Counted from the first letter of the stretch, positions 44,457-53,721 are shown. The stretch is 64,000 nt of DNA from Clostridia bacterium (GCA_017501645.1 JAFVWN010000025.1:438-64437); one strand, 5' to 3'. Numbers and translations: made by a program. The notes: generated from the sequence alone by a model not told the origin.

Positions 44457-46871
44457 ATGCGTGATTATAAACATATAGAAATTGAAAATAAATGGAAAAA
44501 ATATTGGCAAGACAATCAAACTTTTAAAACTGATGTTTGGGATTTTTCTAAGCCAAAATTTTATGCTCTAGATATGTTCCCATATCCATCTGGTTCAAAC
44601 CTTCATGCAGGGCACCCAGTTGGATATACAGCAACTGATATTGTTGCGAGAATGAAAAGAATGCAAGGTTATAATGTTTTGCACCCAATGGGATTTGACT
44701 CTTTTGGTCTTCCAGCTGAGCAATATGCAGTTGATACAGGAAACCACCCAGACGGATTTACTCAAAAGAATGTAAAAATCATTTCTCGTCAATTGTTTGA
44801 CCTTGGTTTCTCTTATGATTGGGAGAGGGAATTTTGCACAAGTGACCCAAGTTATTATAAGTGGACTCAATGGATTTTCAAAAAGCTTTATAATGATGGG
44901 CTTGCTAGATGTGTAGAAATGCCTGTAAACTGGTGTGAAGGTCTTGGTTGCGTTCTTGCAAATGATGAAATTATTGACGGTAAAAGTGAAAGAGGTGGAT
45001 TCCCTGTTGTTAGAAAGAATATGAAACAGTGGATAATTGATACTCCTAAGTTTGCAGATAGACTTCTTGAAGGGTTAAATGAAATTGATTGGCCAGAGTC
45101 TACAAAAACAATGCAAAGAAACTGGATTGGTAAGTCTACTGGTGTTGAAGTTGACTTTGATTTGGTTGGTGGTGGCTCTTTCTCTATTTATACAACTTGT
45201 ATTGAAACAATTTATGGTATTACATTTATGGTTATGGCGCCAGAAAGCAAGCTTGTAGACGAATTAAAACCAAGGATTAAAAACTGGCAAGAAGTTGAAG
45301 AATATCGTAAAGAAACAGCAAAATTAAGCGAATTTGACCGTACCGAGCTTAACAAAGGCAAGACTGGTGTTAAACTTGATGGAGTTTTTGCTATAAACCC
45401 AGTAAACGGGAGAGAAGTTCCTGTATTTATTGGCGATTTTGTACTTGCAAGTTATGGTACTGGTGCAGTTATGGCTGTTCCGTCTCACGATCAAAGAGAT
45501 TTTGAGTATGCAATTGTTCATAACATTCCAATGATTCAAGTTATTGATGGTGCAGATGTTAGTAAGAAAGCATTTGAAAAGCAAGATTACTTAGGTAAAG
45601 GTTGTAAACTTCTTAACAGTGAAGAGTTTACAGGTCTTACTGTTGAAGAGGCAAAAGAAGCAATAACTGAAAAACTTGTAAAAATGGGAAGGGGCAGAAA
45701 GAAAAACAACTATAAACTTCGTGAGTGGATTTTTGCTCGTCAAAGATATTGGGGTGAACCTATTCCTGTTGTTCATTTTGAAGATGGTACAACAAAAGCC
45801 CTTGAAGATAAAGATTTACCACTTATTCTTCCTGTTCTTGACGATTATAAACCTGCAAAAGACGGAAACAGTCCTCTTGCGAAAGCTACTGACTGGGTAA
45901 ATGTTGTTGTTGATGGCAAAAAGGCAAAAAGAGAAACAAGCACAATGCCGGGAAGTGCTGGTTCAAGCTGGTATTTCTTAAGATATATTGACCCTAAGAA
46001 TGACAATGAGTTCGCAAATCAAGAACTTTTGAAACACTGGATGCCTGTAGACCTTTATGTTGGTGGTCCAGAGCACGCAGTTGGACACCTATTATATTCT
46101 CGTGTATGGAACAATTATTTGTTTGATAAAGGACTTGTTCCAGTAAAAGAACCATTTAAAAAACTTGTACACCAAGGTATGTTGCTTGGTGCTAACGGTA
46201 TAAAGATGGGTAAGAGATATCCTAAGTATGTTGTTGGAACTGACGAAACTGTTCAAAAGTTCGGTGCAGATAGCTTAAGACTTTATGAAATGTTTATGAG
46301 TCCTCTTGAAGAGGCTAAACTTTGGAGTGATAGCGGTATTGTTGCTGCAAGAAAGTTCCTTGATAGAATTTATCGTATCTATCAAGAAAAGAATATTACT
46401 GAAGAAAATTCAGGAGAACTTAAGACTATTTATAACCAAACAGTTAAAAAGGTTACTGAAGATTATGAAACTCTAAACTTTAACACTGCAATTTCTCAAA
46501 TGATGATATTCATTAATGCTGTTGCTAAAGTTAATGATTTCCCAAGAGAATATGCTGAAGGTTTTGTGAAATTATTAAACCCAATTTGTCCATTTATTAC
46601 AGAAGAGTTGTGGGAAGAGCTTGGTCATAATAATACTGTTTCTTATGAATCTTGGCCAACTTATGACGCAAAAGCTTTAGTTCAAGATGAAATTGATTTA
46701 CCTGTTCAAATTCTTGGAAAAATGAGAGGCACAATCAAGGTTAATGTAAAAGCTTCACAGGATGAAGTTGTAAAATTGGCTATTGAAAATGCTGAAATAG
46801 CTAAATTTGTGACAGGAGATATCAAAAAAGTCATTTATGTTCCTGGAAGAATTTTAAACTTAATAGTATAA
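44457..46871 (+). CDS. leuS: Leucine--tRNA ligase
   Basis: MRDYKHIEIENKWKKYW..., HIGH-region LHAGHPVGY, KMSKS-region KMGKR, and a CP1 editing domain. The ORF track starts at TTG 44418. The ATG at 44457 has SD AAGAGG 9 nt upstream. Confidence 0.95.
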   Translation: MRDYKHIEIENKWKKYWQDNQTFKTDVWDFSKPKFYALDMFPYPSGSNLHAGHPVGYTATDIVARMKRMQGYNVLHPMGFDSFGLPAEQYAVDTGNHPDGFTQKNVKIISRQLFDLGFSYDWEREFCTSDPSYYKWTQWIFKKLYNDGLARCVEMPVNWCEGLGCVLANDEIIDGKSERGGFPVVRKNMKQWIIDTPKFADRLLEGLNEIDWPESTKTMQRNWIGKSTGVEVDFDLVGGGSFSIYTTCIETIYGITFMVMAPESKLVDELKPRIKNWQEVEEYRKETAKLSEFDRTELNKGKTGVKLDGVFAINPVNGREVPVFIGDFVLASYGTGAVMAVPSHDQRDFEYAIVHNIPMIQVIDGADVSKKAFEKQDYLGKGCKLLNSEEFTGLTVEEAKEAITEKLVKMGRGRKKNNYKLREWIFARQRYWGEPIPVVHFEDGTTKALEDKDLPLILPVLDDYKPAKDGNSPLAKATDWVNVVVDGKKAKRETSTMPGSAGSSWYFLRYIDPKNDNEFANQELLKHWMPVDLYVGGPEHAVGHLLYSRVWNNYLFDKGLVPVKEPFKKLVHQGMLLGANGIKMGKRYPKYVVGTDETVQKFGADSLRLYEMFMSPLEEAKLWSDSGIVAARKFLDRIYRIYQEKNITEENSGELKTIYNQTVKKVTEDYETLNFNTAISQMMIFINAVAKVNDFPREYAEGFVKLLNPICPFITEELWEELGHNNTVSYESWPTYDAKALVQDEIDLPVQILGKMRGTIKVNVKASQDEVVKLAIENAEIAKFVTGDIKKVIYVPGRILNLIV

Positions 46872-46889
46872 TTTCTTTAGGGGGAAGAA

Positions 46890-47495
46890 ATGCAAAAAGC
46901 AAAAAAATTATTATTTAGTGCAAGTATTTTAGAGTTAATGCTTGCTGTAGTGCTCTTAATTTTTGACGGTTTCTATTCTGCAAACTGGTTATCTTCGCTA
47001 GAAGGTGACTTGACGGGAAGAATAGTAATCACTTGTGTACTATTTGTTTTGTCGGTTGCCTTCGCTGTTGATGGCGTTCTTGCTTTAAGGTATTCAAGAG
47101 CGAGTGATGAAACATTAAAAAAATGTCAAAAGGCAAGAGTTCTAATGGGGATTGCGTTTGTTGTGATCGCTATTACTGCATACATTTTATTGTGTGTAAT
47201 CGTAACAAAGAAGCAAGGTGCAGAAGTCTTTGTATTGGTTTTTAGTTTTTTTGTGTCTATAGCAGTGGCTGTTTTGAACATAAAAAGTGCTGTTGATATG
47301 AATAAACCAGAAGAACCAAAACAAATTGTAACTTCGCAAGTTGTTAAACCACAAGTTGTGTCCCCAAAACGAAATGATATTGACGGACTCATCCAAAGGC
47401 TTGATTCTCTTGCTGTTTTAAGAGAAAGAGGGCTTATAACAGAGGAAGAGTTTGAAAAGTTTAGAACGGAAGTTTTAAACAGCTATAAGGATTAA
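46890..47495 (+). CDS. Membrane protein with C-terminal SHOCT domain
   Basis: About four hydrophobic segments, then IDGLIQRLDSLAVLRERGLITEEEFEKFRTEVL (SHOCT-type short C-terminal domain). Confidence 0.65.
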   Translation: MQKAKKLLFSASILELMLAVVLLIFDGFYSANWLSSLEGDLTGRIVITCVLFVLSVAFAVDGVLALRYSRASDETLKKCQKARVLMGIAFVVIAITAYILLCVIVTKKQGAEVFVLVFSFFVSIAVAVLNIKSAVDMNKPEEPKQIVTSQVVKPQVVSPKRNDIDGLIQRLDSLAVLRERGLITEEEFEKFRTEVLNSYKD

Positions 47496-47518
47496 TTATT
47501 AAAAAGGAGAAATAAGTT

Positions 47519-48307
47519 ATGGAGAGAACCAAAAATAAATTTTATGTTGCAACATCTGTTTTAGAATTTGTATTTGCATCAATTTGTGTATTGTATTCAT
47601 TAATTTTAATTATAGGAATGGCAACAGGAACTCTTTCTGAAACAATAAAAACTGATTTACTAGCAGAGTATGGTAGTGCTACCCCAGAAATGCTTGAAGC
47701 TTTACAGATGGTAAACTCAATGATAATAACAATGATTGTGTTTATGGTTGGTTCATCTGCTGTTATGTATGTTTCTGGTGTATACTTCTTAAAATATTCA
47801 AATCTTACAGACCAAGAAGCTGATGAAAAGTGGGGAAAATGTCTAGGTTGGACTATTACTGCATATTTCTTTGGTGGCCTTTTACTTGGTGGTCTTGCAA
47901 CTGCAGGTTTGTGTGCTGTTCAAGCGAAACAAAGAGAAAGAGTTGTTGGTGGAACTGCTAATTGGACCACATCAACAGGAAAAACTGTTAATATGAGTAC
48001 TGGAGTTGTTGAACAAGAAGATGTTTTAGCACCTGAAAATCTTGAGAAGATAAGAGTTAGGCTTGAGAAATTAAAAGCACTAAAAGATACGGGAGCTATT
48101 AGTGAGGAAGAGTTTGAATCATTAAGAGCAAAGACAATGGCTGGTCTTACTCCTAAAAAAGAAGAGCCGAAGGTTAATCCAGAAGATGAAAAACTTGCAA
48201 GAATGACTGAAAGGCTTAATAAGTTAACAGCTCTTAAAGAGTCTGGTGCAATAAGCGAAGAAGAGTATGCTTCACTAAGAGAAAAAGTTATTAACGAAAC
48301 AAAATAA
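47519..48307 (+). CDS. Membrane protein with two C-terminal SHOCT domains
   Basis: Hydrophobic N-terminal half, then LEKLKALKDTGAISEEEFESLRAK and LNKLTALKESGAISEEEYASLREK. Confidence 0.65.
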   Translation: MERTKNKFYVATSVLEFVFASICVLYSLILIIGMATGTLSETIKTDLLAEYGSATPEMLEALQMVNSMIITMIVFMVGSSAVMYVSGVYFLKYSNLTDQEADEKWGKCLGWTITAYFFGGLLLGGLATAGLCAVQAKQRERVVGGTANWTTSTGKTVNMSTGVVEQEDVLAPENLEKIRVRLEKLKALKDTGAISEEEFESLRAKTMAGLTPKKEEPKVNPEDEKLARMTERLNKLTALKESGAISEEEYASLREKVINETK

Positions 48308-48317
48308 TAAAATAAAA

Positions 48318-48348
48318 AGACACTTCTATAAACGAAGTGCCTTTTTTA
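48318..48348. terminator. Bidirectional terminator between convergent genes
   Basis: AGACACTTC (48318-48326) pairs with GAAGTGCCT (48334-48342): 9 bp with one mismatch. T-run downstream and A-run upstream. Confidence 0.6.
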
Positions 48349-48349
48349 T

Positions 48350-48904
48350 TTATATACTTAATTGAAGTTTGTTTTTTAGAGGTGTTGATATAAACTCGAA
48401 ATATAGCTCAGTTATGCAATATGTGAAGCAGGGAACAAGACTGTCAAAAACAAGGTCAGCAGGGTCAACAAATCTTCCTGTTGGTAAAACCCCTTGAAGA
48501 AGTTCAATTATAATAGCGAATATTAATCCAATAAGAGCTGGGTTGTTTTTTAGTAATAGTTTATCTGTCTTGTCTATAAAGTGTTGTTTTGCAAAGCAGA
48601 TAACCCCAATAGGAATTGTGAGGGCAAAGTTAATAAAGAAATTATGAAAACTCATACCGTCTGCAAAATTAAACTCAAAGAAGCTGTGGTTTTGAGGGGG
48701 TTCTATGTATAAATGAGTGGTTGAAAGTCTGGCATTAAAGAGTGTTAAGAACAATGCTAAAACTAGAAATAGGGTTTGCCAAACATCAATTATAAAAAGT
48801 TTTGTGTATTTTTTTTGACTTTTTATATAGAATAATAATATAAGTGGTACAAAGGCGAAAAGCCCAATATATAAAGGAATAAACAGGTTTATGGATATTT
48901 TCAT
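48350..48904 (-). CDS. VanZ-like family membrane protein
   Basis: A multi-pass hydrophobic protein with ELLQGVLPTGRFVDPADLVFDSL, which resembles the VanZ-like core. The ATG at 48904 has GGAGG (48910-48914) 5 nt upstream. The ORF track starts at TTG 48916. Confidence 0.5.
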   Translation of the reverse strand: MKISINLFIPLYIGLFAFVPLILLFYIKSQKKYTKLFIIDVWQTLFLVLALFLTLFNARLSTTHLYIEPPQNHSFFEFNFADGMSFHNFFINFALTIPIGVICFAKQHFIDKTDKLLLKNNPALIGLIFAIIIELLQGVLPTGRFVDPADLVFDSLVPCFTYCITELYFEFISTPLKNKLQLSI

Positions 48905-48949
48905 TTGTGCCTCCAAGATATGGTCAAGAAAAAAGTAAGAAAATTATTC

Positions 48950-48978
48950 TTGACAAATTCGATTATCAATATTATAAT
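48950..48978 (+). promoter_or_regulatory. Consensus sigma-A promoter of the aspS-gatCAB leader
   Basis: TTGACA (48950-48955), 17-nt spacer, TATAAT (48973-48978). Confidence 0.7.
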
Positions 48979-49008
48979 ATGAATATCACGAAAAAGGAAA
49001 CAAAATCA

Positions 49009-49059
49009 ATGACATTTATTCAAATTAATAACAACAATAATAATCTTTTGAACACATAA
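49009..49059 (+). CDS. Candidate Asn-rich leader peptide MTFIQINNNNNNLLNT
   Basis: AAGGAAA (48994-49000) lies 8 nt before the ATG at 49009. The ORF has 16 codons, with six consecutive Asn codons at 49027-49044 plus one more, and ends at TAA 49057-49059. It lies between a promoter and a terminator. Confidence 0.5.
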   Translation: MTFIQINNNNNNLLNT

Positions 49060-49102
49060 AGTTATGGGTTGTTATTGTCATTGTAAAAAATAAAGTAAAT
49101 TC

Positions 49103-49141
49103 AAGAACTTTTTGGCAATCACCCAAAAAGTTCTTTTTTTT
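49103..49141 (+). terminator. Leader terminator (attenuator) upstream of aspS
   Basis: AAGAACTTTTTGG (49103-49115), loop CAATCAC, CCAAAAAGTTCTT (49123-49135): a 13-bp perfect stem followed by a T-run to 49141. It sits 40 nt upstream of the aspS ATG and inside the transcription unit. Confidence 0.8.
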
Positions 49142-49180
49142 GGAAAAAAATCAAAAAACAATTTTTAAGGAGATAAAATT

Positions 49181-50473
49181 ATGGAACAAAAAATTAAAGA
49201 TTTAAAAGTAGGAGAAGTTGAAGTCGAAGGGTGGCTTGATAGGGTTCGAGACCAAAAGAGTATGCTTTTCGTAATCATCAAAGACCGTTCAGGTAAATTA
49301 CAAATTACAGTGGAAAAAGAAAAGACGCCAGAAATAGCAAAAACATTAACTTCTTTAATGACTGACAGTTTTATTAGAGTAAAAGGTTTGCTTGTTGAGA
49401 GTCCTTGTGTTAAACTAGGTGGTGTGGAATTATATCCAACAGAAGTTGAAGTATTAAGTAGTGCAAAAGTAAGCCCAATAGGAGAGGAAAGTAGCATTGA
49501 CCAAAGACTTGACTATAGATGGATTGACCTTCGTGATTCTAAGAAAAGATTAATTTTCGAGGTGCAAACAATATTTGTCCACGCAATGAGAAAGTTTTTA
49601 ATGGAAAGAGATTTCATTGAGGTTCACTGTCCAACAATTTCTGGTCAAGAAAGTGAAAGTGGTGCAGGTGTTTTTGAAGTTAAGTATTTTGACCAAAAAG
49701 CATATTTAATTCAAAGCCCACAATTCTATAAACAAATGGCAATTGCAAGCGGATTTGAAAAAGTATTTATCGCAACTCCTATTTATAGAGCGGAAAAATC
49801 ATTTACAAAACAACACGCAACAGAATTTTCTGGTTTTGACCTTGAATTTTCTGGAGTTAAAGATGTTGAAGATGTAATGAAGATGGAAGAAGAGCTTATT
49901 GAGGCAGGCATTAGAGCTGTTAAAGAAAAACTTGGAGATAGAGTTAAAGCAGAACTCGGTGTAGATATTGTTGTTCCAAAACTTCCATTCCCAAGACTCA
50001 CAATGAAAGAGGTTTATGAAATTCTTGATGAAGAGTGTGATTATCCTCTTGATGAAGGTGATGACCTTGATAGAGAAGCTGAAAAACTTTTAACAGAGTA
50101 TATGCAAAAGAAGACGGGACATCAATTCTTCTTCGTAAAAGAATATCCAGCGGGGGTTAGACCTTTCTATTCAATGAAGAAAGAAGATGACCCAGAGTAT
50201 ACAAAAACTTATGACTTATATTTCAAAGATGTTGAGATTACAAGTGGTGCTCAAAGAGAACACAGAGCAGACATATTAGCAGAGCAAATTAGAGAAAAAG
50301 GAATTGACCCTAAAACTATGGAAGAGGGGTACATTGATTTCTTTAAATATGGATGCCCACCACACGGTGGTTTTGGTCTTGGTTTAGACAGAATTACAAT
50401 GCTACTTTTAGACCTTCCAACAATAAAAGAGGCTATGTTTGTATTCCGTGGCCCAGACAGAATTAAACCTTAG
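49181..50473 (+). CDS. aspS: Aspartate--tRNA ligase, short archaeal/type-2 form (probably non-discriminating)
   Basis: 430 aa (the bacterial-type enzyme with its insertion domain is about 590 aa). N-terminal OB fold, class II motifs YRAEKSFT..HATEF and GGFGLGLDRITMLL. Directly upstream of gatCAB. Confidence 0.9.
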   Translation: MEQKIKDLKVGEVEVEGWLDRVRDQKSMLFVIIKDRSGKLQITVEKEKTPEIAKTLTSLMTDSFIRVKGLLVESPCVKLGGVELYPTEVEVLSSAKVSPIGEESSIDQRLDYRWIDLRDSKKRLIFEVQTIFVHAMRKFLMERDFIEVHCPTISGQESESGAGVFEVKYFDQKAYLIQSPQFYKQMAIASGFEKVFIATPIYRAEKSFTKQHATEFSGFDLEFSGVKDVEDVMKMEEELIEAGIRAVKEKLGDRVKAELGVDIVVPKLPFPRLTMKEVYEILDEECDYPLDEGDDLDREAEKLLTEYMQKKTGHQFFFVKEYPAGVRPFYSMKKEDDPEYTKTYDLYFKDVEITSGAQREHRADILAEQIREKGIDPKTMEEGYIDFFKYGCPPHGGFGLGLDRITMLLLDLPTIKEAMFVFRGPDRIKP

Positions 50474-50484
50474 GAGAGAAAAGA

Positions 50485-50772
50485 ATGAAAACTGTAACAA
50501 GTGAAGACATTAAACACTTAGCTTCATTATCAGCACTAGATTTTGATGAGGAAAAAATTGAAGAATTTAAAGGCGAGTTTGAAAGTATTTTGGGTTTTGT
50601 TGACCAAATAGCAAATGCAAAAATTGAGGGCGTTGATACTTTTAATAGAAGCGTTCCCGTTGCACAGCTTAGAGAAGACGAAGCAAAAGAAAGTGCTCCT
50701 GTTGAAGTACTTTTGAAAAATGCTCCAAAACAAAGAAAAGGGTATTTCAATGTACCAAAGGTGGTAGACTAA
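50485..50772 (+). CDS. gatC: Asp/Glu-tRNA amidotransferase subunit C
   Basis: 95 aa; IKHLASLSALDFDEEKIEEFKGEFESILGFVDQI is typical of GatC. Confidence 0.9.
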   Translation: MKTVTSEDIKHLASLSALDFDEEKIEEFKGEFESILGFVDQIANAKIEGVDTFNRSVPVAQLREDEAKESAPVEVLLKNAPKQRKGYFNVPKVVD

Positions 50773-52193
50773 TGGATATAAAATCACTTAGTATAGAAGA
50801 ACTTGTAAAAAAGATAAAATCAAAAGAATTTTCTGCTAAAGAAGTTACAAAATATTATCTTGCAAACATTGAGAAATATAAAGGTAAAAATGCAGTTTTA
50901 GAGGTTTTTGAAGATGCTGTTGAAATAGCGGAAGATATCGATAGAAAAATCGCTTCTGGGGCGGATTTGGGCTTGCTTGCGGGTGTTCCTGTTATCATTA
51001 AAGACAATATGCTTTACGAGGGTAAAAAGTGTACTTGTGCATCTAAATTTTTGAAAGATTATGTGTCACAATACACTTCTACTGCTGTTCAAAAACTTAT
51101 TGACCAAGATGCTGTGATTATTGGTAGAGCAAATATGGACGAGTTTGCTATGGGTGGTTCTTGTGAACACTCTGCTTTTGGTGCTTGTAAGAATGCCTAT
51201 GATGACACTAGAGTTTCTGGTGGTTCAAGTGGCGGAAGTGCTGTTGCGGTTGCTCTTGATATGTGTGCGTTTGCTCTTGGTAGTGATACTGGTGGGTCTA
51301 TTCGTCAACCTTCAAGCTTTAACGGGATGGTTGGACTTAAGCCTACTTACGGAAGAGTTTCAAGATATGGCTTAGTTGCGTTTGCTTCAAGCCTTGACCA
51401 AATTGGACCAATCACCAAAAGTGTTGAAGATGCAAAACTTGTTTTAAAAGTTATTGCAGGTAAAGACATCAATGACCAAACAACAGCGGATGAGCCTTTA
51501 GTGGACTCTAAACCAGTTAATTTAAAAGGGTTAAAGTTTGGTGTTATTAGTCAAGTAGATAAAGTTGCTAAGAACAGTAAATATTATGCAATATATAAAG
51601 ATATTGAAAAGAAACTTGCTCTTGCAGGTGCAGATATTGTTTCTGTGGATATTCCAGAATATGAGTTGTCATTATCTTCATATTATGTTATTCAACCAGC
51701 AGAAGCAACATCTAACCTTGGAAGATTTGATGGTGTAAAATACACAACAAGAGCAGGTGATGTAAGCGGAATTAATGACCTTTATAAAAAGTCAAGAACT
51801 GAAGGTTTTGGTGATGAAGTAAAAAGAAGAATTATGCTAGGAAACTTTGCTCTTTCTAGCGGTTACTATGATGCTTATTACAAAAACGCAAAAAGGGTTC
51901 AAAAATTATTAAAAACAAAGTTTGAAGAAGCATTTAAGAAAGTTGATGCAATAATAATGCCTACAACTTATGGTGAGGCTTTTGAAATTGGTTCAAAAAC
52001 AAAAGACCCTGTAAGTATGTATGCGGAAGATATGTTTACAATTGTTGCAAACCTTGCTGGAGTTCCTGCAGTTAGTGTTCCTTGCGGAAAGGGAGAAAGT
52101 GGACTTCCATTAGGATTGCAGGTTGTTGGCAAGCATTTTGACGATTTAAGACTTTTAGAAATCACAAAAGAAATTCAAAAGGAGATAAAATAA
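50772..52193 (+). CDS. gatA: Asp/Glu-tRNA amidotransferase subunit A
   Basis: Amidase signature GGSSGGSAVAVA...GSDTGGSIRQP. The start overlaps the gatC stop (TAATG). Confidence 0.95.
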   Translation: MDIKSLSIEELVKKIKSKEFSAKEVTKYYLANIEKYKGKNAVLEVFEDAVEIAEDIDRKIASGADLGLLAGVPVIIKDNMLYEGKKCTCASKFLKDYVSQYTSTAVQKLIDQDAVIIGRANMDEFAMGGSCEHSAFGACKNAYDDTRVSGGSSGGSAVAVALDMCAFALGSDTGGSIRQPSSFNGMVGLKPTYGRVSRYGLVAFASSLDQIGPITKSVEDAKLVLKVIAGKDINDQTTADEPLVDSKPVNLKGLKFGVISQVDKVAKNSKYYAIYKDIEKKLALAGADIVSVDIPEYELSLSSYYVIQPAEATSNLGRFDGVKYTTRAGDVSGINDLYKKSRTEGFGDEVKRRIMLGNFALSSGYYDAYYKNAKRVQKLLKTKFEEAFKKVDAIIMPTTYGEAFEIGSKTKDPVSMYAEDMFTIVANLAGVPAVSVPCGKGESGLPLGLQVVGKHFDDLRLLEITKEIQKEIK

Positions 52194-53629
52194 TGTTTGA
52201 GGATTATGACATTGTTATTGGTTTAGAGGTGCACGCAGAATTAAAGACAAAAACTAAAGTTTTTTGTTCTTGTAAAAATGAATTTGGAAGCGAGCCAAAC
52301 TCTAACTGTTGTCCTGTTTGTGTTGGGCTTCCGGGGGCGTTGCCAGTTCTTAACAAAAAAGCAGTTGAACTCACAATAAAAGCTGGTCATACTATTGGTT
52401 CAAGCATTTCTCCAATTGCTGTTTTTGAAAGAAAAAACTACTTCTATCCAGACCTTGCTAAAGCATACCAAATAAGTCAGCTTGAAAGACCTATTTGCGT
52501 TGGGGGAAGCATTACTCTTGATAGCGGGAAAGTGATAAGAATTAACAGAATTCACCTTGAAGAAGATGCTGGTAAACTTGTGCATAAAAACGACAAGATT
52601 GGTACTCTTATTGACTATAACAGAGGTGGTGTTCCATTGATTGAAATGGTAACAGAACCTGACATTTCAAGTGCTGAAGAGGCTGTTGAATTTTTAATGA
52701 AATACAGAAGCAACCTTGTTTTTGGTGATATTGCAGATTGTAAAATGGAGCAAGGTGGAATGCGTTGTGATGTTAACCTTTCTGTTAAGAAAAAAGGCTC
52801 AAGTGTTTTAGGAACTAGAACAGAAATGAAGAACCTAAACTCTTTCAAGATGGTTCAAAGAGCTATTGAGTTTGAAGCAAGAAGACAAGTTGAAGAAATA
52901 GAAGCTGGAAAAACTATTGTTCAGGAAACTAGAAAATGGGACGACAACAGAGGAAGAAGCTTTGCTATGCGTTCTAAAGAAGAGGCTCAAGACTATAGAT
53001 ATTTTCCAGACCCAGATATTTTGTCTGTAGAAATTAGTGAAGATGTTGTTAACAGCATCAAAAAGACACTTCCTGAACTTTCTCATCAAAAGAAACTTAG
53101 ATATATTGAAGAACTTGGACTCCCTGCGTATGATGCAAAGATATTGACAAGCGAGAAATATATTTGTGAGTATTTTGAAAAAGTTCTTGATAAGGTTAAA
53201 AACCCAAAAATTGTTTCTAACTGGGTTATGACAGAGGTTCTTGCAAAATGTAAAGAACAAGCTGTTGAAAGTTTAGAAGAAGTTATTTCTGTTAAAAACT
53301 TGGCATATATTATCAATGCGGTTCAAGATAAAGAAATTACAAGGATAAACGGTAAAGAACTTTTTGAAGATGCCTGTTACAGTGAGTTTGATGCAGAGGA
53401 GGAAGCAAAATCTAGGGGAATGGTTGTAAAAATGAGCGACCAAGACCTTGAAAAGTTTATTGGTGAAGTAATGGAAGAAAACCGCTCTGCTGTTGCAGAT
53501 TACAAAGACAACCCTGTAAAAGTTGAAAACTTTTTTATTGGAAGCCTTATGAAGAAAACTCAAGGAAAGGCAAATGTTGAGAAAGCAAGACCTATTATTC
53601 ACGAACTTTTGGAAAGGTCTGTTAGGTAA
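52193..53629 (+). CDS. gatB: Asp/Glu-tRNA amidotransferase subunit B
   Basis: IGLEVHAEL..KVFC.C, NRIHLEEDAGK and a C-terminal YqeY-like tail. The start overlaps the gatA stop (TAATG). Confidence 0.95.
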   Translation: MFEDYDIVIGLEVHAELKTKTKVFCSCKNEFGSEPNSNCCPVCVGLPGALPVLNKKAVELTIKAGHTIGSSISPIAVFERKNYFYPDLAKAYQISQLERPICVGGSITLDSGKVIRINRIHLEEDAGKLVHKNDKIGTLIDYNRGGVPLIEMVTEPDISSAEEAVEFLMKYRSNLVFGDIADCKMEQGGMRCDVNLSVKKKGSSVLGTRTEMKNLNSFKMVQRAIEFEARRQVEEIEAGKTIVQETRKWDDNRGRSFAMRSKEEAQDYRYFPDPDILSVEISEDVVNSIKKTLPELSHQKKLRYIEELGLPAYDAKILTSEKYICEYFEKVLDKVKNPKIVSNWVMTEVLAKCKEQAVESLEEVISVKNLAYIINAVQDKEITRINGKELFEDACYSEFDAEEEAKSRGMVVKMSDQDLEKFIGEVMEENRSAVADYKDNPVKVENFFIGSLMKKTQGKANVEKARPIIHELLERSVR

Positions 53630-53721
53630 TTAAAACTTTTTTTAAAAAACTTTATTAAAATAGTTTGATTTTTTCATAAAATATTATATACTTGAATAAG
53701 AATATAATGGAGGTAGGAACT

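Noticed and set aside
48979-49180. A T-box riboswitch upstream of aspS.
   Set aside because: The leader is only ~155 nt up to the terminator, and I see no AGGGUGGNACCGCG-type T-box sequence or specifier-loop architecture. The Asn-codon leader ORF explains the terminator better.
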